DNA of 29,763 nucleotides from a virus. This document shows positions 18,001-25,323 of this stretch, piece by piece. A program made the translations under genes and the position numbers. The notes under the pieces are model-generated. The model had not been told where the DNA came from. It did not search any database and saw only the letters and a list, made by a program, of their open reading frames with translations. How positions within the stretch are numbered: position 1 is the first letter of the stretch; each line of letters begins with the position of its first letter. The stretch lies in IMG/VR virus record IMGVR_UViG_2706795548_000001, positions 1 to 29,763 of that record, one strand, 5' to 3'.

Positions 18001-18353
18001 TGCAAGCACAACTAGAGAAAATATTAACTGCTTATGAAGAACTGTATCTAACGCCGTCAAAAGTACTGTCGATTGCTGAATATGTTTCAAACCCAGATCA
18101 ATTAATTCAAAAAGTATTTAGAGAATATAATGTACCGTCAGACTTACAGAATGTCTACTTGGAATATGCAAAAAATAGAAGATTGAGGACATACATCAAT
18201 GAGATAATATCAACAATTTCACTACTATTTGAGAAACAGAAAATATCTCTAGACCAGGCATTGCAATATCTGCAACAATTCAAAAAATACGGTCTCACTG
18301 ACGAAGAAATTGAATTAATCAAATTAAATTGGCAATTGAGGAGTGCGTATTAA
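15006..18353 (+). CDS. Terminal fibre protein (SIRV2 P1070-like), 1115 aa
   Basis: Largest ORF, helical, 11-aa Phe periodicity at N-terminus and 96-aa internal repeats. Confidence 0.8.
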   Translation: MSFLVSGLEAVETFFSDELTALENFTNFLASDVVSFFETVSTDVQNFISFLATAISDIPTFIQQGVSYFVQVLQNVFSNVASAVDGFEQYVANALQGFFQDVANLMQGFLNAIYGFFSNIANGLANFVNVAVSNYIQGFGAVGTYVGQAIPQIINQITPIVAPYLLARILPDAVERLGEILPGIEIDLSPVGLGGKFEIKFGEIAKMIGEPIADLMEEISGEIMSSFKEFLKEPFISDFKITIRQIFNSIGLGDLPFADPSYREITSWVGARSFQELKDHLRETLLLTGYPAWFTDAFLEPPADDYIPRNPLFRPVAIRDVIAGVEYGLLPSSAIEQYAENNLITKKTAKLMYVNQNLRLFQRVVEEGIRGFIIQPDKAYDLMMSGKDLAGKDLFTKYFEIEYQFATQRFAKQILRALLSRALSNFGRPYVDIKYLAKTTDEIYKQLNLPKEISTLFEQMIAESQLIQYNELIFTFLRSKAEKGIFNQADVEKLLKDYNFNVSESLYILQNYVDLLITTEEIQLITQKLQNFFISDKDAEKELKNLKVNDNYAKLLIERYYNLQLSKEKANVYLSLLKKGYYNSHEAKTVFKALGYPTSVIEELLDLYSQEIETELQIKTIEQKAQMFLLNEQEIDTELKKLHVSDALIQEIATEYLQIPFLKQQVDVYTSLVKKGYINSEEARRIFSALGFKQTTIEQLIPLYTQEIQVETTISTYKALLQHFLIDEKTAEQELKKLHVSDALINELLTEYYQVPLTEKIFNIYLSLLEKGYTTVDTISKILGAKNVNATALAEIANAYNYEIEIENSIKYIQSLLRNLLIDDKTAEQELKKLGISDVLTKAIIAEYTPVLVNVKSVAQTIIEGAIYNVGKVPISVSNVVPELKKLNIPDNQINALISEIETQVALEIWKKYLPTLSDIKTALTYNYPVDKLLQLSLIPAELYNLHADLTRYELIAKEVQSLKSTYEKLLTYNVTNPQLEQMLRQYGINDQLLQVLQLQAQLEKILTAYEELYLTPSKVLSIAEYVSNPDQLIQKVFREYNVPSDLQNVYLEYAKNRRLRTYINEIISTISLLFEKQKISLDQALQYLQQFKKYGLTDEEIELIKLNWQLRSAY
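16633..17525 (+). repeat. 288-bp (96-aa) tandem coding repeats
   Basis: ELKxLxVxD motif codons at 16633, 16921, 17209 and 17497. Confidence 0.85.
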
Positions 18354-18354
18354 A

Positions 18355-19578
18355 ATGTCTTACGTAAGCAAATATTCCATAATTAGCTCATCTGCATGGA
18401 ATCAAATTGTACAAAATGCACAATTGATTAACAGTATGTTGCAACAAACATTAAATACGATACAACAACTCGGTAATATAAATGCACAAGTAAACTATTC
18501 AAATTACCAAACACAACAACAAAATGCAATAAATATAATACAAAATCTTTTTAATTTCTTGCAAAATCCAACAATAATAACTCCTACTCCAAATATTCCA
18601 ACTGCAAGTCCTGGAATGACATTAACTGCAAACATGATGAATTCAATGACAAATGCAATACAAGAATTGTATAATTCAATAATGCCAACACCTTTAACAG
18701 AAATTTCAGAGGTTTTTGGAGGAGATATTGTAACCTCAGATCACTGGAATAAAATTGTTAAAGCAATAAATAAGCTAAAAAACATATTTAATGTAATAAA
18801 TGTGTCATTGGAAAACAACAAATTTGTACTAACAGAACCATATGCATTTATAGATCCTGAGGCAGTAGTTTCTGAAATTACTGCAGAATTTCTTGTTAAA
18901 AATCATATTTTATACATATTTATATATAACCCGCCAGGGAAATCAGGTACATGGTATATTTTCTCTGGTACAGAAAAAATAGATAATATTTTTATCGGTG
19001 GCGGTGTTGTAAACTTTAGACCAAGTGATTGCATAAAAATACAAAATATGTACTTATATGTGCATAATAGCAATGTATACCCATATGGCAATTCAAAAAT
19101 AGAAAATATAACAATTGTAGGCGATTTTGTTTCAATAGAACCAACAGATAATTCAATAATAGAAAATGCGCTAATTGTTGGAGATAACGGTACAATATCG
19201 CCAGATAATAATGCAATAATAAAAAGCGCTATAATAATTGGGAACAATCCTGGTGTTTCGCCGACCAATAATTCAATAATAGGAAATATAACAATTGATG
19301 GCAATAGCGGTAATATAGTGACATGGGATAACGCAACAATTGGAAATATGTTAGTAATGGGAAACAATAACTATATAACTACATATGATTCATCAGCAAT
19401 TCAAAATCTTTTCGTATGTGGGGAACAAAATAAACTTAATATATATCCTTCATCTTCAGTCCCGGGTTCAGGTATTATAAATCTCTATTTGTGCAATTCT
19501 AACAATACTGTCGGTAGCGGAGTACAAAATATAATACAAAATTCCCCAATATGCCAAGTTGTTTGCGCTTCAAGTTAG
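18355..19578 (+). CDS. Beta-helix (20-aa repeat) fibre or adhesin-like protein
   Basis: Three lts..wN..v..i-like motifs, then about 8 twenty-residue IxNxxIxGxN repeats; ATG 18355 follows the previous stop. Confidence 0.7.
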   Translation: MSYVSKYSIISSSAWNQIVQNAQLINSMLQQTLNTIQQLGNINAQVNYSNYQTQQQNAINIIQNLFNFLQNPTIITPTPNIPTASPGMTLTANMMNSMTNAIQELYNSIMPTPLTEISEVFGGDIVTSDHWNKIVKAINKLKNIFNVINVSLENNKFVLTEPYAFIDPEAVVSEITAEFLVKNHILYIFIYNPPGKSGTWYIFSGTEKIDNIFIGGGVVNFRPSDCIKIQNMYLYVHNSNVYPYGNSKIENITIVGDFVSIEPTDNSIIENALIVGDNGTISPDNNAIIKSAIIIGNNPGVSPTNNSIIGNITIDGNSGNIVTWDNATIGNMLVMGNNNYITTYDSSAIQNLFVCGEQNKLNIYPSSSVPGSGIINLYLCNSNNTVGSGVQNIIQNSPICQVVCASS

Positions 19579-19596
19579 CGTAAATCTGCCTACAAC

Positions 19597-19624
19597 ATGC
19601 TTATATTAAATATTATGAATATTG
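19597..19624. promoter_or_regulatory. Core-gene upstream block, reverse orientation
   Basis: 23/28 to reverse complement of 12761..12788. Confidence 0.55.
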
Positions 19625-19669
19625 CTATTGCGTATTCTGCTTAAAAATGTCCACATTAGGGATTAAAAT

Positions 19670-20140
19670 ATGTTAGACAAATATTTCCACGACTTGGGTT
19701 GCGACTATTGGAATGAATATCCACATTCATACGGTCTTCTAAATGTCTACAACAAGACGATACAAATTGTAGGTGCAGATTGCGGATCATCAGCTTTGTA
19801 TTTTTTGTTGAGAGGCGCAAAATATGTAATTCAGTATGAAAAAGACCAACAACTAAGAGAAAAATGGAAAGAAGTTTGCACACATTTCGACATTTGTCAA
19901 AAGGCTGAGATGAGGAGTGAGTGGACTGGGCAGTATGACAATGTCGACATTTTCATTATGGATTGTGAGGGATGTGAAGAAATTCTAGATGTTTCTCAGC
20001 TAAAAAAGTATGAGCAATTCTGCGTGGCGGTTCACGATTGGACAAAAAACCGAATAGAATTGCTGAGAAAACTTGAAGGTTTGACATTTACATATGTTAC
20101 AGATGATGGTAGAGAAATTGTATTGTGCAAATTGAGGTGA
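19670..20140 (+). CDS. SAM-dependent methyltransferase (SIRV ORF158b-like, FkbM-like)
   Basis: Motif I VGADCGSSALYF; MDCEGCE. Confidence 0.85.
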   Translation: MLDKYFHDLGCDYWNEYPHSYGLLNVYNKTIQIVGADCGSSALYFLLRGAKYVIQYEKDQQLREKWKEVCTHFDICQKAEMRSEWTGQYDNVDIFIMDCEGCEEILDVSQLKKYEQFCVAVHDWTKNRIELLRKLEGLTFTYVTDDGREIVLCKLR

Positions 20141-20146
20141 GACAAA

Positions 20147-20845
20147 ATGAAAATTATTACATTTTGCGGGAATTGTAAATATTTAGATGAACTGGATTTT
20201 GATTATGTAGTTGTAGACAAAACATATAACGACATCTCACAAGAACAAATAGAGAAATTTAAAGATAAAATAATTTGGAATGAGACAAACTCTGGCGATA
20301 GGCAAATAAGAATTGCGAAAAATATACTAAAGGCGTTAGAAGTTGCAAAAAATTTAGATGATGATAAATTTGCAATTCTAGATAGCGACATTATTATGCC
20401 AAGGATTAGACAAATAACGACAGTCCCACTAATTCTATCGCTTTGTTATCCACTTTATTACGATTGGGCTGACGAAATTAGACCATTTTGTTCTGGAACA
20501 AATTACATATTTACAAAACAACAAATTTATGAATTAGAAAATGCATTTTCGCAATTCGTCAATAACAGAGATAAAATTACTGAAAAAGTTGATATATTTG
20601 TCCATAACAACATTCAACATCTTAATGTCTTTATTCCGCCGGTTTCACATTATATCAAAGACATAAAAGTATCATATGTAGTTGATCAATTGAAATTTTA
20701 TACATTTGACAAACCAGAACCCCCAAGAGCAAATGTTTACATTCCGCCAGGCAGGAATTATGGAAAAGGTATGTGGGTAACGTTTACGATTGACAATTTA
20801 GATCTCATTAGAAAGCATATTCCAGAACTTGTATTGGTGTTCTGA
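20147..20845 (+). CDS. GT-A-like glycosyltransferase
   Basis: VVVD strand and ILDSDI DxD motif; lies between MTase and GT4 genes. Confidence 0.65.
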   Translation: MKIITFCGNCKYLDELDFDYVVVDKTYNDISQEQIEKFKDKIIWNETNSGDRQIRIAKNILKALEVAKNLDDDKFAILDSDIIMPRIRQITTVPLILSLCYPLYYDWADEIRPFCSGTNYIFTKQQIYELENAFSQFVNNRDKITEKVDIFVHNNIQHLNVFIPPVSHYIKDIKVSYVVDQLKFYTFDKPEPPRANVYIPPGRNYGKGMWVTFTIDNLDLIRKHIPELVLVF

Positions 20846-20846
20846 G

Positions 20847-21905
20847 TTGATTATCTATTACGTTTACCCAATGCATCATGATGTGAGCTTTAAATTTGTT
20901 GCACAAGAACATATAAAAATGCTAAAAAGCAAGTATAAAGTTTACGATATCCCAGAATTGAATTTTTTTCAATTTACGCCGTATGGCAAACCGGTAACAT
21001 TTATCCATCCCTTTTTCTATGGGATGTTGAATTGGAATGATGTACAGTGGACATTTTTCAAAATGTACAGATCAAAAGTATCAAAGATTATAGGAGTAGA
21101 AGTTGCCGATAGCGATAGAATTGCGGAAAAGTACATCAACATTGCGAATTCTTGGGCTGACGCACTAGTTGTAAATTCCAAATGGTCTTATGACGCTTAC
21201 ATAAATTCAGGGCTTAAAATTCCAATTTTTATTGTACCCCACAATTACGATCCAAAACTTGAGGCTGACGATAAGCAACTTAAAGTTTCACCAGAAATTA
21301 AAAAAATTGAAGAGATAAAAAACGAAAAGAAGATTAAGATAATTCTATTTTTCTCATGGCATAGCGGTTATAGAAAGGGAGACGATTTATTTCAGAAGAT
21401 AGCAAGACAAGTACAAAAAGAAAGAAATGACGTATATTTTATTGTAAAAAGCGCAACTCCAAGACAAGATTTAATGGATTTGAAAATGTTCAATATAACT
21501 GGAGTAATTCCATTTGACGATATCGTCAAATTGTATAGGATTGCAGATCTTCTACTTTTGCCTTCAAGAGGCGGATCATTTGAGCTTAACGGTCTTGAAG
21601 CTTTAGTCTCTGGTATCCCTGTCGTTGCGCCAGATGAAGGACCCTGGACTGAATATTTCCCACCTTCACTGCGACATTTCTTAGCAAAAACTGTAAATCA
21701 TCCAATAGTTTTACCAGATAATCCAATTCATATCGGCAAAGGAGTAGAAATTTCAATTGATGACGCAGTAGAGAAAGCGCTTAGGATATTGGATAACATA
21801 GAAGAAGAAAAAGCAAAAGTGAAAAATGAAATTGAGTTTTTCCGCAATAACTACAGTTTTAACGCCGTAAAGCAAAAATTACTTAATGTAGTCGAAAAGT
21901 GTTGA
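20847..21905 (+). CDS. GT-B glycosyltransferase, GT4-like (SIRV2 ORF356 family)
   Basis: YPMHHDVSFKFVA, YRKGDD and PSRGGSFELNGLEALVSGIP; start uncertain (TTG 20829 or 20847). Confidence 0.9.
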   Translation: MIIYYVYPMHHDVSFKFVAQEHIKMLKSKYKVYDIPELNFFQFTPYGKPVTFIHPFFYGMLNWNDVQWTFFKMYRSKVSKIIGVEVADSDRIAEKYINIANSWADALVVNSKWSYDAYINSGLKIPIFIVPHNYDPKLEADDKQLKVSPEIKKIEEIKNEKKIKIILFFSWHSGYRKGDDLFQKIARQVQKERNDVYFIVKSATPRQDLMDLKMFNITGVIPFDDIVKLYRIADLLLLPSRGGSFELNGLEALVSGIPVVAPDEGPWTEYFPPSLRHFLAKTVNHPIVLPDNPIHIGKGVEISIDDAVEKALRILDNIEEEKAKVKNEIEFFRNNYSFNAVKQKLLNVVEKC

Positions 21906-22502
21906 ATTTTTTTGCATTAAATATTTGTAAATTTCATCAAACATTTGTTTAACTTTATCTGCCTCATAAAAATATCTGCGTTTTTCCATAAAATATCCGC
22001 CGACATCTAATGCGGGAAATTGATACCTTATCACAACTTTGAGATCATTCCAACCAGAAGCGCCTAAATACCACGCTTTATCTGGTTCAATTCTTCTAAA
22101 AAAATCGTCTAGAGTATAATCGTGAAGCCCTGGCGTGGCTGAGTAACCGTAAAAATATCTAAAACCGTTTTCTTTCAATTGATCTACAATTTCCAAATCA
22201 GAGTCAAGTGAATGAATTGGAACAATAAAAGTTATTAAACGTAAAACATCTAAATTTGCAATTTTCTCAACTTTTGTTAAAGGAGTATAATCTGGATATA
22301 ATGCAATCTTTATCTCTCTGATTTTTTTAACTAAAAGTTTGACATATTGAATATAAGCATTTGGTCCGCCATGAATTAAAAATTCTTTATCGTCAAAAAA
22401 TTCAGGGTAAATATACATATTTGGATAACGTATGTTGTACTTTCTCATAGTTTTAATGTGTGGACCTTTTGCAACTCCGACAATAGGGTAATTCTGAGAC
22501 AT
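21879..22502 (-). CDS. TGT/DpdA-like TIM-barrel transglycosylase homologue
   Basis: ALYPD, VPIH, FYGY, WYLG and ALDV elements in the order expected for the TGT barrel; no clear DSG motif. Confidence 0.5.
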   Translation of the reverse strand: MSQNYPIVGVAKGPHIKTMRKYNIRYPNMYIYPEFFDDKEFLIHGGPNAYIQYVKLLVKKIREIKIALYPDYTPLTKVEKIANLDVLRLITFIVPIHSLDSDLEIVDQLKENGFRYFYGYSATPGLHDYTLDDFFRRIEPDKAWYLGASGWNDLKVVIRYQFPALDVGGYFMEKRRYFYEADKVKQMFDEIYKYLMQKNSTLFDYIK

Positions 22503-22511
22503 AGTACATTC

Positions 22512-23765
22512 TTATTCTGGCGGTATTTCTTTAAATATCTCATCAACTGGAATACCTTGCATTTTTCTAATGACGTATGTCAGAATTCCAACAGTTGGTG
22601 GTATAAATATTGTTAAAATGTCGAAATATAGATTTCCAGTAAACATCTCTGACCTAAATTGTAAATTCACAAGTGAAGAGTACAAAACCATACTGGCAGT
22701 AAAAATTAGCACAATTGCAGATAATACCGCAGTCGGCAAAATTCTTCTGTCTTGCTTTATGAATTTCAAACTTGCAAACGCAACAATTAAATAATTCCAA
22801 AATATAAACCATAAATCGTCCACAATTAGGCTAACGTGGAATCCCAGATAATTCTCTATAAAATTGAAAATTTCTGCAATCGCAAAACTGACCAAAATTG
22901 AATTTGTCGGCGTGCCATTTTTAACATCTGCCAAGAAAGAAGGCAAAACTCTATCAAACGATAGTGCAAAGACAACTCTAGTTGTTGCCCCCGCATTTAT
23001 TAACGCATATAGCATATACCACGTTAGCGCAGATAATGCAACAATTTCTAAACTTAGATTTACGCCAACGATAGCTATCAAAATTGCAAATATTGCAGTC
23101 ACACTGTATGCAATAAAATACCCCGCAAGTAAACTTTTATTAATTTTTTGCATTTCACCTGCAAAATATGATGGAGAATTTATGAAAGCATATAAGGACA
23201 TTACAAAAAGCGCAGTCATAGTGAGAGTATTTGTATTTATCTCGAGTGTCGCAGGTAAAGTCACATGATTAAGATTAGTCGCAATCATAATTATAATACC
23301 AAGAATTTGGAATAACACTAGTCCAACAATTGCTTTAGCGTAATATTTCACTTTTGACGCTAACAAATAAATTAAGCCAATATAAACTGTTGTAACTGCA
23401 AATAGATCTAAATTTGATAAATAAAAGCGTATAAATTCTAGTGTCGCAAGTACTGGCATAGACATCCAAAATGACGTCAAAATTGCCATACCATTTATCA
23501 CACCGACAATTCCGCCAAAAGCTCTTGAAACATAAACATAATCTCCAGTAGATCTTGGAATTAATCTATTTAGCAAGTAGTAGTTTAGCATTAATGGAAT
23601 TCCTAAAACTGACGCTAAAAGAATTGCTAAAAATGCATCTGCGTGAATAAGAGAAAGGACATAGGCAACTGCCCCTGCGGGTCCTAAGAAAGCGAAATTT
23701 AACGAAAAAACATCCAATGGCTTAAATTCTTTAATTAATCCAGTTGACTGTCTTAGGAATTTCAT
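22512..23765 (-). CDS. APC-superfamily amino-acid permease
   Basis: FLRQSTGLIKE start, about 11-12 TM segments, FAGE and RVVFALSFDRVLP motifs. Confidence 0.88.
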   Translation of the reverse strand: MKFLRQSTGLIKEFKPLDVFSLNFAFLGPAGAVAYVLSLIHADAFLAILLASVLGIPLMLNYYLLNRLIPRSTGDYVYVSRAFGGIVGVINGMAILTSFWMSMPVLATLEFIRFYLSNLDLFAVTTVYIGLIYLLASKVKYYAKAIVGLVLFQILGIIIMIATNLNHVTLPATLEINTNTLTMTALFVMSLYAFINSPSYFAGEMQKINKSLLAGYFIAYSVTAIFAILIAIVGVNLSLEIVALSALTWYMLYALINAGATTRVVFALSFDRVLPSFLADVKNGTPTNSILVSFAIAEIFNFIENYLGFHVSLIVDDLWFIFWNYLIVAFASLKFIKQDRRILPTAVLSAIVLIFTASMVLYSSLVNLQFRSEMFTGNLYFDILTIFIPPTVGILTYVIRKMQGIPVDEIFKEIPPE

Positions 23766-23786
23766 ACCAATTTTACCGCCTGGAGT

Positions 23787-24635
23787 TTACATTTTTAAAC
23801 TTTTCTTCTTCTCCAGATACTTTCTAATAATTCCAGTATTTCTCCTTAATGCAGTATCAACAACTCCACATTTTCTATCAATATCTGGCTGAGTTATTGC
23901 ATATTTGTCTTGCTTAGCGAGAAAATACAAAATTGTAGTTGCAACAATTTTCGGGCTTTTCCCAGATAAAATGCCAGACTGCTCAATTTCTTTCGCAAAG
24001 TTAAGCGCTTTTTCTATTAATTCAGTTGGTAAACCAAGTCGTAAACCGCAACCTTTTATAAAATCTTCAACTGTAAAATTTGGAATTTTTTCGTCAAAAT
24101 TCTTTAAAACCTCAAAGTATGCCCCGATAAATCGCTTTGGTATGACCTTATATATCTTCCAAATTTTTTCAATATACTCGTCAAATGGCATCAAAATTCT
24201 CAATTTGCGATATGCCATATAGATAGAAACAAAGACAATAAGTTCAGAACCTAAGTATCTCAAATGTTTATTTTTCCACAACTTTTGCAAAATTCTACTT
24301 GCTTCTTGTGTTATAGTTTCATTACCTCCAATTTTTTGAACTGCCGTCGATAAAAATCTTAAAGCGTCAAGTAATGGCTTATTACTCACCGGATAAAGAC
24401 TTGAAATACTAACCTTTTTGGGTTTAATACCAACAGTCGGTAAAAACCCTGAATTAACAAAGACGTTTGGATTTATTGGAAAAGCTCTTGCCCTTTCCAC
24501 AAACTGCTCATTGTTGTAGGCTCTCCAGTCCATACCTTCATCTACAACTTTATCTTCTAGAACTTCTCCAGTCTCAGTACAAATATACTCTCCTCTTTCG
24601 GTATCAAACACGATTTTGTCAGATGGACAGTTCAT
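23787..24635 (-). CDS. tfb: Viral transcription initiation factor B (TFB/TFIIB) homologue
   Basis: CPSDKIVFDTERGEYICTETGEVLED..DWRAY ribbon and reader; two cyclin repeats with GKSP. Confidence 0.93.
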   Translation of the reverse strand: MNCPSDKIVFDTERGEYICTETGEVLEDKVVDEGMDWRAYNNEQFVERARAFPINPNVFVNSGFLPTVGIKPKKVSISSLYPVSNKPLLDALRFLSTAVQKIGGNETITQEASRILQKLWKNKHLRYLGSELIVFVSIYMAYRKLRILMPFDEYIEKIWKIYKVIPKRFIGAYFEVLKNFDEKIPNFTVEDFIKGCGLRLGLPTELIEKALNFAKEIEQSGILSGKSPKIVATTILYFLAKQDKYAITQPDIDRKCGVVDTALRRNTGIIRKYLEKKKSLKM

Positions 24636-24693
24636 ACGAAAATCTCAATTCGATTACATTTTTATTTCTTGCCAAGAACTACAATTTCAAACT

Positions 24694-24721
24694 TAATATT
24701 CAAAATATTATAAATATGCAT
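24694..24721. promoter_or_regulatory. Core-gene upstream block before tfb
   Basis: 24/28 identical to 12761..12788. Confidence 0.65.
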
Positions 24722-24763
24722 TGTTAGTTCAAATAAAGGCGATATAGAAATAGTATATCAAAA

Positions 24764-24789
24764 GTGAGAAAAATTAGGCATAAAAAATT
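24764..24789 (-). terminator. Repeated T-rich intergenic motif
   Basis: Reverse complement of GTGAGAAAAATTAGGCATAAAAAATT, adjoining stop 24788. Confidence 0.6.
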
Positions 24790-24931
24790 ATCCATATACA
24801 ATTTCTAAATAATGAAATAAAGCTTCACATTCTTCTGGATCAAGTTCTGCCTCTTCCAAAGCTAAGATAGTATCGGAACTGTAACCGTCAAGATTGTAAC
24901 CTTTTTGCTTTAAAACCGTCAAACAGTTCAT
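24788..24931 (-). CDS. 47-aa acidic protein downstream of acrIII-1, not in ORF track
   Basis: MNCLTVLKQKGYNLDGYSSDTILALEEAELDPEECEALFHYLEIVYG; GAGGTGA RBS overlapping the acrIII-1 stop. Confidence 0.75.
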   Translation of the reverse strand: MNCLTVLKQKGYNLDGYSSDTILALEEAELDPEECEALFHYLEIVYG

Positions 24932-24938
24932 GTTTACT

Positions 24939-25283
24939 TCACCTCACTCTTTCAATATAGTAAAGATCATATCCAATTTTTTGTAATTCATCTTCACTTT
25001 GAATTACATGCCCCTCTGGCAGTCTTTGCCTTAGCACAATCGCAATTGCGCTATCACCAACTTTGAAATAAATTGGAATTCTATTTGTCTCGACTGGCAT
25101 TCCTAATAAAGCAGACATAACACTGGCAGTTGCAGAATGCCCAATTGCCGAAATTACTTGTTGTGCATTATCTACAATATCTCTTGCCTCACTTATACTA
25201 ATTCTTTTTATTTTAAATTCTGCCTCATTATCTTGGATTGGGATAATTAAACTATTTAGGAGGTACAAGACCACTCGACTCAC
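24939..25283 (-). CDS. acrIII-1: AcrIII-1 viral ring nuclease (DUF1874, STIV B116 / SIRV1 gp29 family)
   Basis: 114 aa with signature AIGH, NR and QRLPEG residues. Confidence 0.9.
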   Translation of the reverse strand: MSRVVLYLLNSLIIPIQDNEAEFKIKRISISEARDIVDNAQQVISAIGHSATASVMSALLGMPVETNRIPIYFKVGDSAIAIVLRQRLPEGHVIQSEDELQKIGYDLYYIERVR

Positions 25284-25298
25284 CCTAAACGAAACTTG

Positions 25299-25319
25299 AT
25301 GACAACATTTTTAAATCTT
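25299..25319 (-). promoter_or_regulatory. Class A promoter
   Basis: AAGATTTAAAAATGTTGTCAT on minus strand before acrIII-1. Confidence 0.8.
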
Positions 25320-25323
25320 AAAA

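Noticed and set aside
13945-19883. Alternative-frame and antisense ORFs within the structural and MTase genes (13945, 14296, 14503, 14948, 15494, 16929, 18903, 19016, 19656)
   Set aside because: Overlap long coding genes; the hydrophobic 18903..19367 repeats just mirror the beta-helix codons
23787-24635. tfb as host contamination or chimeric assembly
   Set aside because: It carries the viral core-gene block upstream, sits in a tight run with the permease, and is strongly diverged from canonical TFB
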